A stretch of 64,000 bases of DNA, from NCBI GenBank assembly GCA_026987025.1, contig JALSNJ010000029.1, forward strand, positions 15,695 to 79,694. Direction: 5' to 3'. The stretch is from Candidatus Aminicenantes bacterium (lineage in GTDB: Bacteria; Acidobacteriota; Aminicenantia; S016-38). The stretch's first letter is position 1. The number at the start of each line of letters is the position of its first letter. A model generated the notes under the pieces. The model was not told the DNA's origin, did not search any database, and saw only the letters and a list, made by a program, of their open reading frames with translations. A program made the translations under genes and the position numbers. Shown here in pieces: positions 1 to 8,008 of the stretch.

Positions 1-692
1 TGGGTGAAGCGGTAGGGAAGTTCCTCGTCGTAATAGGCCTCCGGGGGAATCCCTATTTTAACCACCTCTATGTCTCCGCAGTAATCCTCTCCGGGGGGGA
101 ATATGTGCCCGAATTTCAGCGCCTCAAAGGTTATCGTAATGTCAGCCTCCACCGCCACCCCCATTATAGACCCGTCCTCCGAAGACACCCCGGAGGGAAG
201 GTCCACGGAAACCACCATGGGGGCCAGAAGGTTTATGTCCTCTATGGCCTTAGCGTAAAGGCCCTCTATCTTCCTCTTTAACCCGGTACCGAAGATGGCA
301 TCCACCACCACATCAGCCCTTTCTATAAACGGAAAGAGTTCGTCCCAATCCCTTTCGTCCTTTACAGTGTAAATGTTCATCCCGCTCCTCTGGGCTATTT
401 CAAAATTTTTACCTGGGTCCCCCTTTAATTTCATCTCATCGGCCAGGAGGATCAGGTTTACCGTGAGTTCGTGATTTAACAGGTGGCGGGCCGCCACTAT
501 CCCGTCTCCCCCGTTGTTTCCCGGGCCTGCCACCACGGTTACAACAAAAACATCCTCCATTTCCAAGATTCTTCTGGCCACCCAGGCCCCGGCGTTTTCC
601 ATAAGGAGGAGGGAGGGAATGGAAAACTCCTTCTCGGCCTTGGCGTCAAACTTTCCCATAAGGTGGGAATCAAAGACGAGAAGTTCCTTCAT
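1..692 (-). CDS. nnr: NAD(P)H-hydrate epimerase (YjeF N-terminal domain), probably the bifunctional Nnr; truncated by the window edge
   Basis: Manual translation from ATG 692 gives MKELLVFDSHLMGKFDAKAEKEFSIPSLLLMENAG...GPGNNGGDG...VVVDAIFGTG...VVSVDLPSG, which are YjeF_N motifs. Not in the ORF track because it runs off the edge. Confidence 0.9.
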   Translation of the reverse strand, partial: MKELLVFDSHLMGKFDAKAEKEFSIPSLLLMENAGAWVARRILEMEDVFVVTVVAGPGNNGGDGIVAARHLLNHELTVNLILLADEMKLKGDPGKNFEIAQRSGMNIYTVKDERDWDELFPFIERADVVVDAIFGTGLKRKIEGLYAKAIEDINLLAPMVVSVDLPSGVSSEDGSIMGVAVEADITITFEALKFGHIFPPGEDYCGDIEVVKIGIPPEAYYDEELPYRFT

Positions 693-752
693 ATCTTTAT
701 GATATCACGAACCATCCTGTTTCCCTTAGCGTATAAAAAAAGGGAGGTGAAA

Positions 753-1568
753 ATGAGGAGAATGATTGCCCTTTCAATTTTAGCCCTGGCTCTGCTGGGA
801 GGGGAAATCAAGGTTGAAAAGGAGTTCAAGGTGGCTCCAGGGGTCAGACTGAAGGGGGAAATCGTCGCCGGTTCCATGGATGTAAAGGCCTGGGAAAAGC
901 CTGAGGTTAAGGTGAGCCTTGAGGTTTACTATAAAGGGGAAAAACCCAGGGTAAAACTGGAAAAGGAGGGGAACCAGGTGGTATTTTCCGTGGACTATCC
1001 CCGCAGCTTCTGCTTCTTCTCCTGCCACAGGAATTATAGGGCCGTGGCCAGGGTCTTCGTCCCCCGGGATTATTCTCCGGACCTGCACGGGGTTAGCGCC
1101 TCCATTACCGTGAGAGGAGGATTCCTTCGGGAAGGGGAGGTCCATTCTGTAAGCGGCGATGTGGTCCTGGAGGGAATATCCTTCTCAAGGCTTTACCTGA
1201 AAACCGTCAGCGGGGACATTTCGGTAATGGGCAAGGAAGGAGAAAAGCTCGTTGCCACATCGGTAAGCGGGGACATTTCCATCCTGCTTTCCCACCTTAA
1301 ATGCGCCAAAATAAGGAGCATAAGCGGGGACCTGAAGTTGAAGGGGGCTTCCGAGGACAGATGGAAGCTTTCCACCGTAAGCGGGGACATCGTCGTGCTC
1401 GTTCCTTCAATGCCCTGCTACATGAGGCTTTCCTCCACAGGGGGGGAAATTCACCTTCCCCGGATGGAGATCAGGGGCAAGGTGGAAAAGGAAATCTGCA
1501 GTCAGGGACTTTCCTTGAAGGCAGGGAGCGTCTCAGGGGACATTTATTTAAAGGTCCAGAACCAGTGA
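753..1568 (+). CDS. Exported DUF4097-family beta-strand repeat protein (adhesin-like)
   Basis: SD GGAGGTG before ATG 753; signal peptide MRRMIALSILALALLG; repeated (S/T)VSGD(I/V) units. Confidence 0.8.
   Translation: MRRMIALSILALALLGGEIKVEKEFKVAPGVRLKGEIVAGSMDVKAWEKPEVKVSLEVYYKGEKPRVKLEKEGNQVVFSVDYPRSFCFFSCHRNYRAVARVFVPRDYSPDLHGVSASITVRGGFLREGEVHSVSGDVVLEGISFSRLYLKTVSGDISVMGKEGEKLVATSVSGDISILLSHLKCAKIRSISGDLKLKGASEDRWKLSTVSGDIVVLVPSMPCYMRLSSTGGEIHLPRMEIRGKVEKEICSQGLSLKAGSVSGDIYLKVQNQ
1140..1545 (+). repeat. Intragenic degenerate repeats encoding SVSGD/TVSGD units
   Basis: GT(A/C)AGCGGGGACAT-like motif recurs near 1150, 1205, 1262, 1322, 1377 and 1530. Confidence 0.7.
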
Positions 1569-1952
1569 GGCTCGCCACCTCCCTCCTGTTTTTTCCAGGG
1601 AAAGGCGGTGCATGGTTATGGCTTTTATGTAAAGGGAAGGGGTGGACTTCAGCTTTCCCAGTTCAACCTCTGCCCTTAAACTCCCCTGGCCAAGTTGTGT
1701 GATCTTCGCCTTTAGAGGTAAGAGCCTTCGGAAGTCAAAGAGAAAGAGGAGTTCGGAGGCCCAGAGGAAGAGCCCCATCTCCAGGGACGGGAACTCCAGG
1801 GTTATTATCTCCGCTCCTGCGGGGTGGAGTTTTTTCCTCCCTGCTATTACCTTTCGGAGGGCGTAGGCCAGGTTTTCAAAAACCTCCTCCCTGGTTTTGC
1901 CGTAAACGAAAACTCCCAGGTCGGCGGTGGTGGGAAAGGTTCTATACCTCAA
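1548..1952 (-). CDS. Archease (DUF101)
   Basis: N-terminal TADLG, KAITMH, C-terminal VLDL; 134 aa. Confidence 0.85.
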   Translation of the reverse strand: MRYRTFPTTADLGVFVYGKTREEVFENLAYALRKVIAGRKKLHPAGAEIITLEFPSLEMGLFLWASELLFLFDFRRLLPLKAKITQLGQGSLRAEVELGKLKSTPSLYIKAITMHRLSLEKTGGRWRASLVLDL

Positions 1953-2763
1953 TTCCCCTCTTTCTCGCTATTTCCAGGCTTGCCCTGAGAAGACCCACGG
2001 GATTTCCCACATCCAGCCTTGTTCCCTGGAAAATTAAACCCAGAAGTTCCCCTTCCCTGGCCAGGACCCTCAGGGCATCGGTGAGCTGGATTTCCCCTCC
2101 CCTTCCCGGCGATGTTCTCTCTAAGACGGAAAATATCTTGGGCTCCAGTATGTACCTTCCTATGACCGCCAGGTCAGAGGGGGCCTCCTCCACCGATGGC
2201 TTTTCCACCAGGTCGTGGATAACTGCCAGCCCGTCGGACTTTATTTCCACATCGGCTATGCCGAAGGAAGGTATTTCCTCCTTCTTAACCCTGTATAAAG
2301 CCACCACGGATTTTCCGGTCCGCAGATAAAGGTCCCTCATCTGCTGGAGGAGGGGAGGGTCGCTGAGCACGATGTCGTCCGGAAGGACTACGGCGAAGGG
2401 TTCCTCCCCGACGATTCCCTTTGCCTGAAGAACGGCGTGACCGAGGCCTAAGGGGACCCCCTGCCTCACTGCTACGAATTCGGCCAGGGAGGAGAGTTGC
2501 CTCAGGAAGTCCGCCATTTCCCTTTTCCCCTTGGACATGAGTATTTCTTCCAGCTCCACATCCCTATCAAAATAATTCAGTATGGCCTCCTTTCCCCGGG
2601 ATGTCACAAATATCATCTGGGAGAAACCGGATTTAACGGCCTCCTCCACCGTATAGTGGATGGCGGGTCTGTCGTAAATGGGCAAAATTTCCTTGGGAAC
2701 GGCCTTGCTTACAGGAAGCATGCGGGTTCCGAGGCCCGCCACCGGGAAAACGGCTTTCCTCAT
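1942..2763 (-). CDS. galU: UTP--glucose-1-phosphate uridylyltransferase
   Basis: KAVFPVAGLGTRMLP, PKEILP, GLGHAV, VEKP, EIQLTDAL. Confidence 0.95.
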   Translation of the reverse strand: MRKAVFPVAGLGTRMLPVSKAVPKEILPIYDRPAIHYTVEEAVKSGFSQMIFVTSRGKEAILNYFDRDVELEEILMSKGKREMADFLRQLSSLAEFVAVRQGVPLGLGHAVLQAKGIVGEEPFAVVLPDDIVLSDPPLLQQMRDLYLRTGKSVVALYRVKKEEIPSFGIADVEIKSDGLAVIHDLVEKPSVEEAPSDLAVIGRYILEPKIFSVLERTSPGRGGEIQLTDALRVLAREGELLGLIFQGTRLDVGNPVGLLRASLEIARKRGIEV

Positions 2764-2772
2764 GGGACAAAG

Positions 2773-2845
2773 TGGACGGTAGGGGATTCGAACCCCTGAC
2801 CTCTGGCGTGCGAAACCAGCGCTCTCCCGCCTGAGCTAACCGCCC
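2773..2845 (-). tRNA. tRNA-Ala(CGC), CCA not encoded
   Basis: GGGCGGTTAGCTCAGGCGGGAGAGCGCTGGTTTCGCACGCCAGAGGTCAGGGGTTCGAATCCCCTACCGTCCA; cloverleaf, G3:U70 Ala identity pair, anticodon CGC. Confidence 0.95.
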
Positions 2846-2853
2846 TTTATGAA

Positions 2854-2862
2854 ATTATAACA
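2854..2862 (-). promoter_or_regulatory. Extended -10 promoter (TGTTATAAT) for tRNA-Ala-galU-archease
   Basis: TGnTATAAT ends 8 nt upstream of the mature tRNA 5' end. Confidence 0.65.
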
Positions 2863-2864
2863 CG

Positions 2865-4568
2865 CTATTCTTCCTTCTTATCCAGAGCTTCTTTAAGTTT
2901 CTCCGCGAAGAACCCCTCCTTGGCTGCGGGGGGTGAAGGCTTTCTGATCCTTTTCCTTTTCTTCTTCCTGGGCCTGAAAACCCTTTCTTCCACCGGCCTG
3001 GGAGTTTCTGCCCTTTCCTCCTTCTCCACAGGTATTTCCACGGCCCTGTTTATGTCCATTTTGAAGTAACCGAAGTCCTCCTCTTCCTGATAGAACTCGG
3101 GGTTTCCCAGAAGGGCCTTCAGGAGGTCCTCCTTGGGGGTTGCGTGCACTATATCCAGCAGGTGGAATAGTTTAAGGTAGTGAATTCTGAAGTCCTTTTC
3201 AGGCTCGCCGAAGTTTTTGACCAGCTCCCTCACCAGGGCCGTCAGGTCCCTTATCTTCCTCCACTGCCTGAGTTTTGAAAGGAGAAGCTCCAGTTCTTCC
3301 TTAGTTATGAAGGCCCTGGGGTCCAGCGCCACCTCGGTGGAGACCTCCGCCTCCTTCAGGGTGAAGCGGTCGTCCTCAGGGTCGTAAAGGAGCATGGGTG
3401 CCCGGAAGGGTTTTTTCTCCATCCTCAGGGAAAGCTGAAAGTGATCTTCCTGCCACTCAAGAAAAAGCTGTGCTCCCTGGACTACCAGGTTCTCCCTGTA
3501 GTATTTGGAAAGCCCTAAGATTATGTTCTTCTCCGGAAAGTAGAACAGAGTGTATTGGTTTCCTCTGTCCAGAGCCTTTACCTCCAGTTCTCCTCCCAGC
3601 AGGTTTCTAAGTCCCTTCCTTACCCTGAGGGCTCCGGAAAGAACCTCCCTCCATGTGAGGATGTGCTTGTTTTTGGCCTCCTGCTTTTTCTCCTCCTTTT
3701 CAAAATCCCTGAGGTAGGCTTCCAGCTCCACCTTGGAGCGGGAGGTGAATATGGGAAGAAGCCTTTTCACCTTTATGGGGAGGTTTCTCTCTAAGTTCAC
3801 CAAATTTAGCCATGTGTTCCACCTGCCGTATCCTTTCCTGGAAACCGGGACGAAGGTCAGCCTTTTAGAGGAAAGAGCCCGGTTGATGGAAAGACACCAT
3901 AGGCCAAAATCCTCTGAGGCCCTGGACTTACCGAGAACCCTTTCTGCAAGTTCCTCTGTGGAAGCCGAAGCGCCCTTTCCCTTTATGTACTCTTCCAGGT
4001 CCTTTAATTGTTCCTCGGAGATTTCTTTGAGGCTGGAAGATAAAACCAGAAACTCACCCCAGCGGTAAATCTCCCTGTCCTTTTCTACAACCTCCAGAAC
4101 TTCCCTCCTGCACTTTTTGAGAAATTCCTCCGACGGTTCCCTTTCCTCCCTCCTGGGGTCCTTTTCCGGAGGGAGCTTGGGACACTCCTTGAGTTCGTAG
4201 CTGGGCAGATAAAAACCCACCTTTCTCCTGCTGAGGTATTTGAAGTGCTCTTTGATGGGACCTCCCCCATCGTATTCCAGGCCGATAAGGTGACATCCCA
4301 GCTCCTTGGAATACTTCTTTTCCACCACCCTAAGTACCGCAGGACCCTTGAACTCAATGAATTTATCCCTTCCTACCCGAAGCTTTTCGTCAAACTCCTT
4401 GTAAATTAAATCCCCCACCTCGTAGCGGCAGTCCGGGTCGTAGAGCTTCACCGGCTCTAAGGCTTCCTCCTCCCTGAACTTTCTCGCAAATTCCCCTATA
4501 ACCCTGGAGAGGGGCACAGGTCCCTCAGAGGAACTCAAAATTTCCTTTAAAAACTTCTCCTTCTCCAT
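2865..4568 (-). CDS. Hypothetical protein, 567 aa, possibly nucleic-acid-binding
   Basis: Long ORF with host-like codon usage; start overlaps the argF stop (TAATG); basic C-terminal patch RPRKKKRKRIRK. Confidence 0.8.
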   Translation of the reverse strand: MEKEKFLKEILSSSEGPVPLSRVIGEFARKFREEEALEPVKLYDPDCRYEVGDLIYKEFDEKLRVGRDKFIEFKGPAVLRVVEKKYSKELGCHLIGLEYDGGGPIKEHFKYLSRRKVGFYLPSYELKECPKLPPEKDPRREEREPSEEFLKKCRREVLEVVEKDREIYRWGEFLVLSSSLKEISEEQLKDLEEYIKGKGASASTEELAERVLGKSRASEDFGLWCLSINRALSSKRLTFVPVSRKGYGRWNTWLNLVNLERNLPIKVKRLLPIFTSRSKVELEAYLRDFEKEEKKQEAKNKHILTWREVLSGALRVRKGLRNLLGGELEVKALDRGNQYTLFYFPEKNIILGLSKYYRENLVVQGAQLFLEWQEDHFQLSLRMEKKPFRAPMLLYDPEDDRFTLKEAEVSTEVALDPRAFITKEELELLLSKLRQWRKIRDLTALVRELVKNFGEPEKDFRIHYLKLFHLLDIVHATPKEDLLKALLGNPEFYQEEEDFGYFKMDINRAVEIPVEKEERAETPRPVEERVFRPRKKKRKRIRKPSPPAAKEGFFAEKLKEALDKKEE

Positions 4569-5470
4569 TAACCCATTAACCTCCTCATGATGGCCTTTTG
4601 TATATGAAGACGGTTTTCTGCCTGGTCCAGAACGATGGAACGGGGGTGGTCTATGACCTCATCGGTGACCTCCTCTCCCCGGTGGGCGGGAAGACAGTGC
4701 ATAAAATAGGCTTCTGGTTTGGCCCTGGAAAAGAGGTCCATGTTCACCTGGAAGGGCCGGAAAATTTTTAACCTCTTTTCCCTTTCCGCCTCCTGGCCCA
4801 TGGAGGCCCACACATCGGTATATACGGCATCGGCTCCCTTCACCGCCTCTTGCGGGTTGTGGAAAAGCTCCACCTTGGCCCCCTGGGCCCTGGCCTCCTC
4901 CAGGATTTCCCTCCTGGGTTCGTAGCCCTCGGGGGTGGCTATTTTAAGATGAAGCCCGGTCCTGGCTGCTCCCCAGATGAGGGAATGGGCTATGTTGTTG
5001 CCGTCTCCCACATAGGCCAGCACGAAATTGCCCAGGTCATGTCCTCTTTCCCAGAGGGTAAAAAGGTCCGCCAGGATCTGACAGGGATGGTAAAGGTCGG
5101 TAAGGGCGTTTATTACAGGGACCGTGGCCTCCCTGGCCATTTTTTCCACGATTTCCTGGCCGAAGGTTCTTATCATTATCCCGTCCACCCACCGGGATAG
5201 GTTTCTGGCCACATCCTCCACCGCCTCCCTTTTTCCCAATTGTATGTCCTGGGGGGCTAAGTAAATCCCAATACCCCCCAGCTGGTAGATTCCCGTCTCA
5301 AAGGTAACCCTGGTTCTCAGGGAGGGTTTTTCAAAGATCATGGCCAGAACCTTTCCCTTAAGGTCCTGACGGTGAGCATCCAGGTTGGTTTTTAGTTCCC
5401 TGGCGTCCTCAAACAGGGAAAAAACCTCCTCCCTTCTCAGGTCCTTTATGCTAAGAAGGTCCTTCTTCAT
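4568..5470 (-). CDS. argF: Ornithine carbamoyltransferase (probably catabolic, ArcB role)
   Basis: FEKPSLRT, HPCQ, DVWASMG, HCLP, DQAENRLH. Confidence 0.95.
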   Translation of the reverse strand: MKKDLLSIKDLRREEVFSLFEDARELKTNLDAHRQDLKGKVLAMIFEKPSLRTRVTFETGIYQLGGIGIYLAPQDIQLGKREAVEDVARNLSRWVDGIMIRTFGQEIVEKMAREATVPVINALTDLYHPCQILADLFTLWERGHDLGNFVLAYVGDGNNIAHSLIWGAARTGLHLKIATPEGYEPRREILEEARAQGAKVELFHNPQEAVKGADAVYTDVWASMGQEAEREKRLKIFRPFQVNMDLFSRAKPEAYFMHCLPAHRGEEVTDEVIDHPRSIVLDQAENRLHIQKAIMRRLMG

Positions 5471-5473
5471 ACT

Positions 5474-6418
5474 TCACCTCCTTAGGATTCTTGTGCCTGT
5501 TCTTCCGTCCAAAGCAGAGCGCAGCCTTCTGGCTGAGGTTATCAAAACCTCCTTTCCGCCGCCTTCCAGAAATTCTATAGCTGCCCTTATCTTCGGCTCC
5601 ATGGAACCGGGGGGAAACTGGCCCTCTTTCAAATACCCTTTGATTTCCTCTAAACCCACCTTTCTCAGGGGTCTCTGGGTGGGTTTGCCGAAATCCAGAT
5701 ATACCTGTTCCACCCCGGTCAGGGTTATGAGCATGTCTGCCTTTATAATTCTTCCGATGAGGGCGGCGGTGAAGTCCTTGTCTATAACTGCTTCCACCCC
5801 CTCCACCAGTCCGTCTTCGTTTATTATTACGGGAATTCCCCCACCGCCCCCGCCTATGACCACCACCCCCTCGGCCACCAGGGCCTTTATGACCGTTTTG
5901 TTCAATATGTCTATGGGCCTGGGGGAGGGAACCACCCTCCTCCATCCCCTTCCTGCATCTTCCATTACGGTCCAGCCCTTTTCCTTGGCTAGTTTTTCTG
6001 CCCTTTCCCTGGAGTAGAAGGGGCCAACGGGTTTGGTGGGGTTCTTGAAGGCAGGGTCCTGGGGGTCCACCAGCACGGGGGTGAGGACGGTTTCCACCTC
6101 CCGGTCCAGGGACATTATCCTCATGTAGTTTATGAGCCAGGTTTGAAGCATATAACCGATGGAGCCTTCGGTCATGGCATCGGCCACATCTAAGGTGAAG
6201 GGAGGAATTATGTGGGATGCAGTCTCCATTTGTAGAAGAAGGTTTCCCACCTGGGGACCGTTCCCGTGGACCACCACCACATCGTAGTTGCGACTTATAA
6301 GCTCCGCTATCCTCCCGGCTGCCTCCCTGGCCCTTTCAAACTGCTCCTGCTGGGTGCCCCGGCTGTCTGAGGGAAGGAGGGCATTTCCTCCGAAGGCGAT
6401 TACTGCGGTTCTTCTCAT
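5474..6418 (-). CDS. arcC: Carbamate kinase
   Basis: AFGGNAL, HGNGPQVG, PTKPVGPFY, RRVVPSP, GGGGIPV, AVIDKD, GSMEPK. Confidence 0.96.
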   Translation of the reverse strand: MRRTAVIAFGGNALLPSDSRGTQQEQFERAREAAGRIAELISRNYDVVVVHGNGPQVGNLLLQMETASHIIPPFTLDVADAMTEGSIGYMLQTWLINYMRIMSLDREVETVLTPVLVDPQDPAFKNPTKPVGPFYSRERAEKLAKEKGWTVMEDAGRGWRRVVPSPRPIDILNKTVIKALVAEGVVVIGGGGGGIPVIINEDGLVEGVEAVIDKDFTAALIGRIIKADMLITLTGVEQVYLDFGKPTQRPLRKVGLEEIKGYLKEGQFPPGSMEPKIRAAIEFLEGGGKEVLITSARRLRSALDGRTGTRILRR

Positions 6419-7731
6419 ATAATGCCCTTTCTTTTCAGCACATCCTCTAAGGTGGGTTCTCCAATTTCCTGAAGTTCGTAAAGCACCCTCACCGCCTTCT
6501 TTTCAATTTTCAGGATCCTTCCCAGGTCTATGGGGGTGGCCACAATTACCACATCAGCGGGGCTGCGGTTTATGGTCTGGGCCAGTTCCTTCATCTGGGC
6601 TTCGCCGTAGCCCATAGCCGGGAGCACTTCCTTAAGATGGGAGTATTTGGAGAAGGTTTCCACTATGGAACCCACCGCGTAGGGCCTGGGATCTATAATT
6701 TCCGCTGCCCCGTATTTCTTGGCGGCCATGAAGCCCGCTCCGTATCCCATTTCTCCGTGGGTTACGGTGGGACCATCCTCTATTACCAGGACCTTTTTCC
6801 CGGCTATGGACGAAGGGTCTTCCACGAAAATAGGGGAGGCTGCGTCTATTATTATGGCATCGGGATTGAGGGCCCTGGCGCTTTCCCAGAGTTGCTCCAC
6901 GCCTGCTCTATCAGCGGTTTCCTCCTTGTTTATTACTATGACATCGGCCCTTCGGAAATTGGCCTCTCCGGGGTGATATTTGGCTTCGTGCCCCGGCCTG
7001 TGGGGATCGGCCACCACAATGTGAAGGTCAGGTTTGTAAAAGGGAAGGTCGTTGTTTCCCCCGTCCCAGAGGATTACCTCCGCCTCCTTCTCCGCTTCCC
7101 TAAGGATAGCCTCGTAGTCCACCCCGGCCCATACCACCGCCCCGTTTCTTATGTGGGGTTCGTATTCTTCCCTTTCCTCTATGGTGCAGTGGGCTTTGTC
7201 CATGTCCTCAAGGGAGGCGAACCTCTGAACCCTTTGGGCCACCAGATCCCCATAGGGCATGGGATGGCGAATCACCGCAACCCTTTTGCCGTGGGAGGCG
7301 AGAATCCTCACTATTTTCCTGGAGGTCTGGCTTTTCCCGCACCCGGTCCTCACTGCGGTTACCGCCACCACCGGAAGGCTGGACTCCAGCATGGTTTCCT
7401 CAGGCCCCAAAATGGAAAAGGAGGCTCCGGCGGCTAAGGCCTCTGAAGCCCTGTGCATTACATATTCGTGGGAAACATCGCTGTAGGCAAAAATTACCTT
7501 TTGGATCCTGTATTTCTTTATTAGCTCCGAAAGCTGAGATTCGGGGTAAATGGGAATTCCTTCTGGATATAGCCTGCCGGCCAGCTCAGGGGGATAAACC
7601 CTCCCCTCTATGTTGGGTATCTGGGTGGCGGTGAAGCAAACCACCTCGAACTCCTCTTTGTCCCTGAAGTATACATTGAAATTGTGAAAATCCCTCCCCG
7701 CTGCCCCCATGATAAGAACTCTCCTACGCAT
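6415..7731 (-). CDS. arcE: P-loop protein of the cyclic-2,3-DPG-synthase-like/'GTPase' family; probable arginine synthetase (ArcE)
   Basis: MGAAGRDFHNFN, RTGCGKS P-loop, RHPMPYG, EEREEYE, WDGGNND, EDGPTVTHG, PAMGYG; coupled to arcC-argF; SD GGAGGT before ATG 7731. Confidence 0.8.
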   Translation of the reverse strand: MRRRVLIMGAAGRDFHNFNVYFRDKEEFEVVCFTATQIPNIEGRVYPPELAGRLYPEGIPIYPESQLSELIKKYRIQKVIFAYSDVSHEYVMHRASEALAAGASFSILGPEETMLESSLPVVAVTAVRTGCGKSQTSRKIVRILASHGKRVAVIRHPMPYGDLVAQRVQRFASLEDMDKAHCTIEEREEYEPHIRNGAVVWAGVDYEAILREAEKEAEVILWDGGNNDLPFYKPDLHIVVADPHRPGHEAKYHPGEANFRRADVIVINKEETADRAGVEQLWESARALNPDAIIIDAASPIFVEDPSSIAGKKVLVIEDGPTVTHGEMGYGAGFMAAKKYGAAEIIDPRPYAVGSIVETFSKYSHLKEVLPAMGYGEAQMKELAQTINRSPADVVIVATPIDLGRILKIEKKAVRVLYELQEIGEPTLEDVLKRKGII

Positions 7732-7772
7732 GAGCACACCTCCTTATATAAATTTTCGCTTATGGAAGAGGT

Positions 7773-7988
7773 TCAGGAAATAATCTCGGATTCTTCGGTT
7801 TCCTTTAAAAAATCAAGCAGCGCTTCTTTAAATTCCTTTATTCCGCTTTCGGGAATTACTATGCTGGATTTCCCCCCGCTTTTCTCGGTGATCCTCAGGT
7901 ACTTTCCCCTGTGATTTTCCATGAGATCAAAATGAAACTTTTTGTTTTCAATCTTAATGGTTTTTGAAGAAAGATTTCTCCTTTCCAT
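7773..7988 (-). CDS. Single-repeat PUR-family ssDNA/RNA-binding protein (PurA/DUF3276-like)
   Basis: SSKTIKIENKKFHFDLMENHRGKYLRITE...SIVIP...FKEAL fits the PUR repeat pattern; SD GAGGGAG before ATG 7988. Confidence 0.8.
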   Translation of the reverse strand: MERRNLSSKTIKIENKKFHFDLMENHRGKYLRITEKSGGKSSIVIPESGIKEFKEALLDFLKETEESEIIS

Positions 7989-8008
7989 TTTCTCCCTCAC
8001 TTATTGTT

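Noticed and set aside
483-752. 90-aa N-terminal extension of the DUF4097 ORF in the track
   Set aside because: It overlaps the nnr gene on the opposite strand; the SD and signal peptide point to ATG 753
1140-1545. Recurrent AGCGGGGACAT motifs as a CRISPR array
   Set aside because: Short, degenerate, in-frame coding repeats of DUF4097; no cas genes
6415-7731. Calling this gene a cyclic 2,3-diphosphoglycerate synthase (thermoprotectant synthesis)
   Set aside because: No 2-phosphoglycerate kinase nearby, and coupling to arcC/argF favours arginine synthetase; not excluded without an assay
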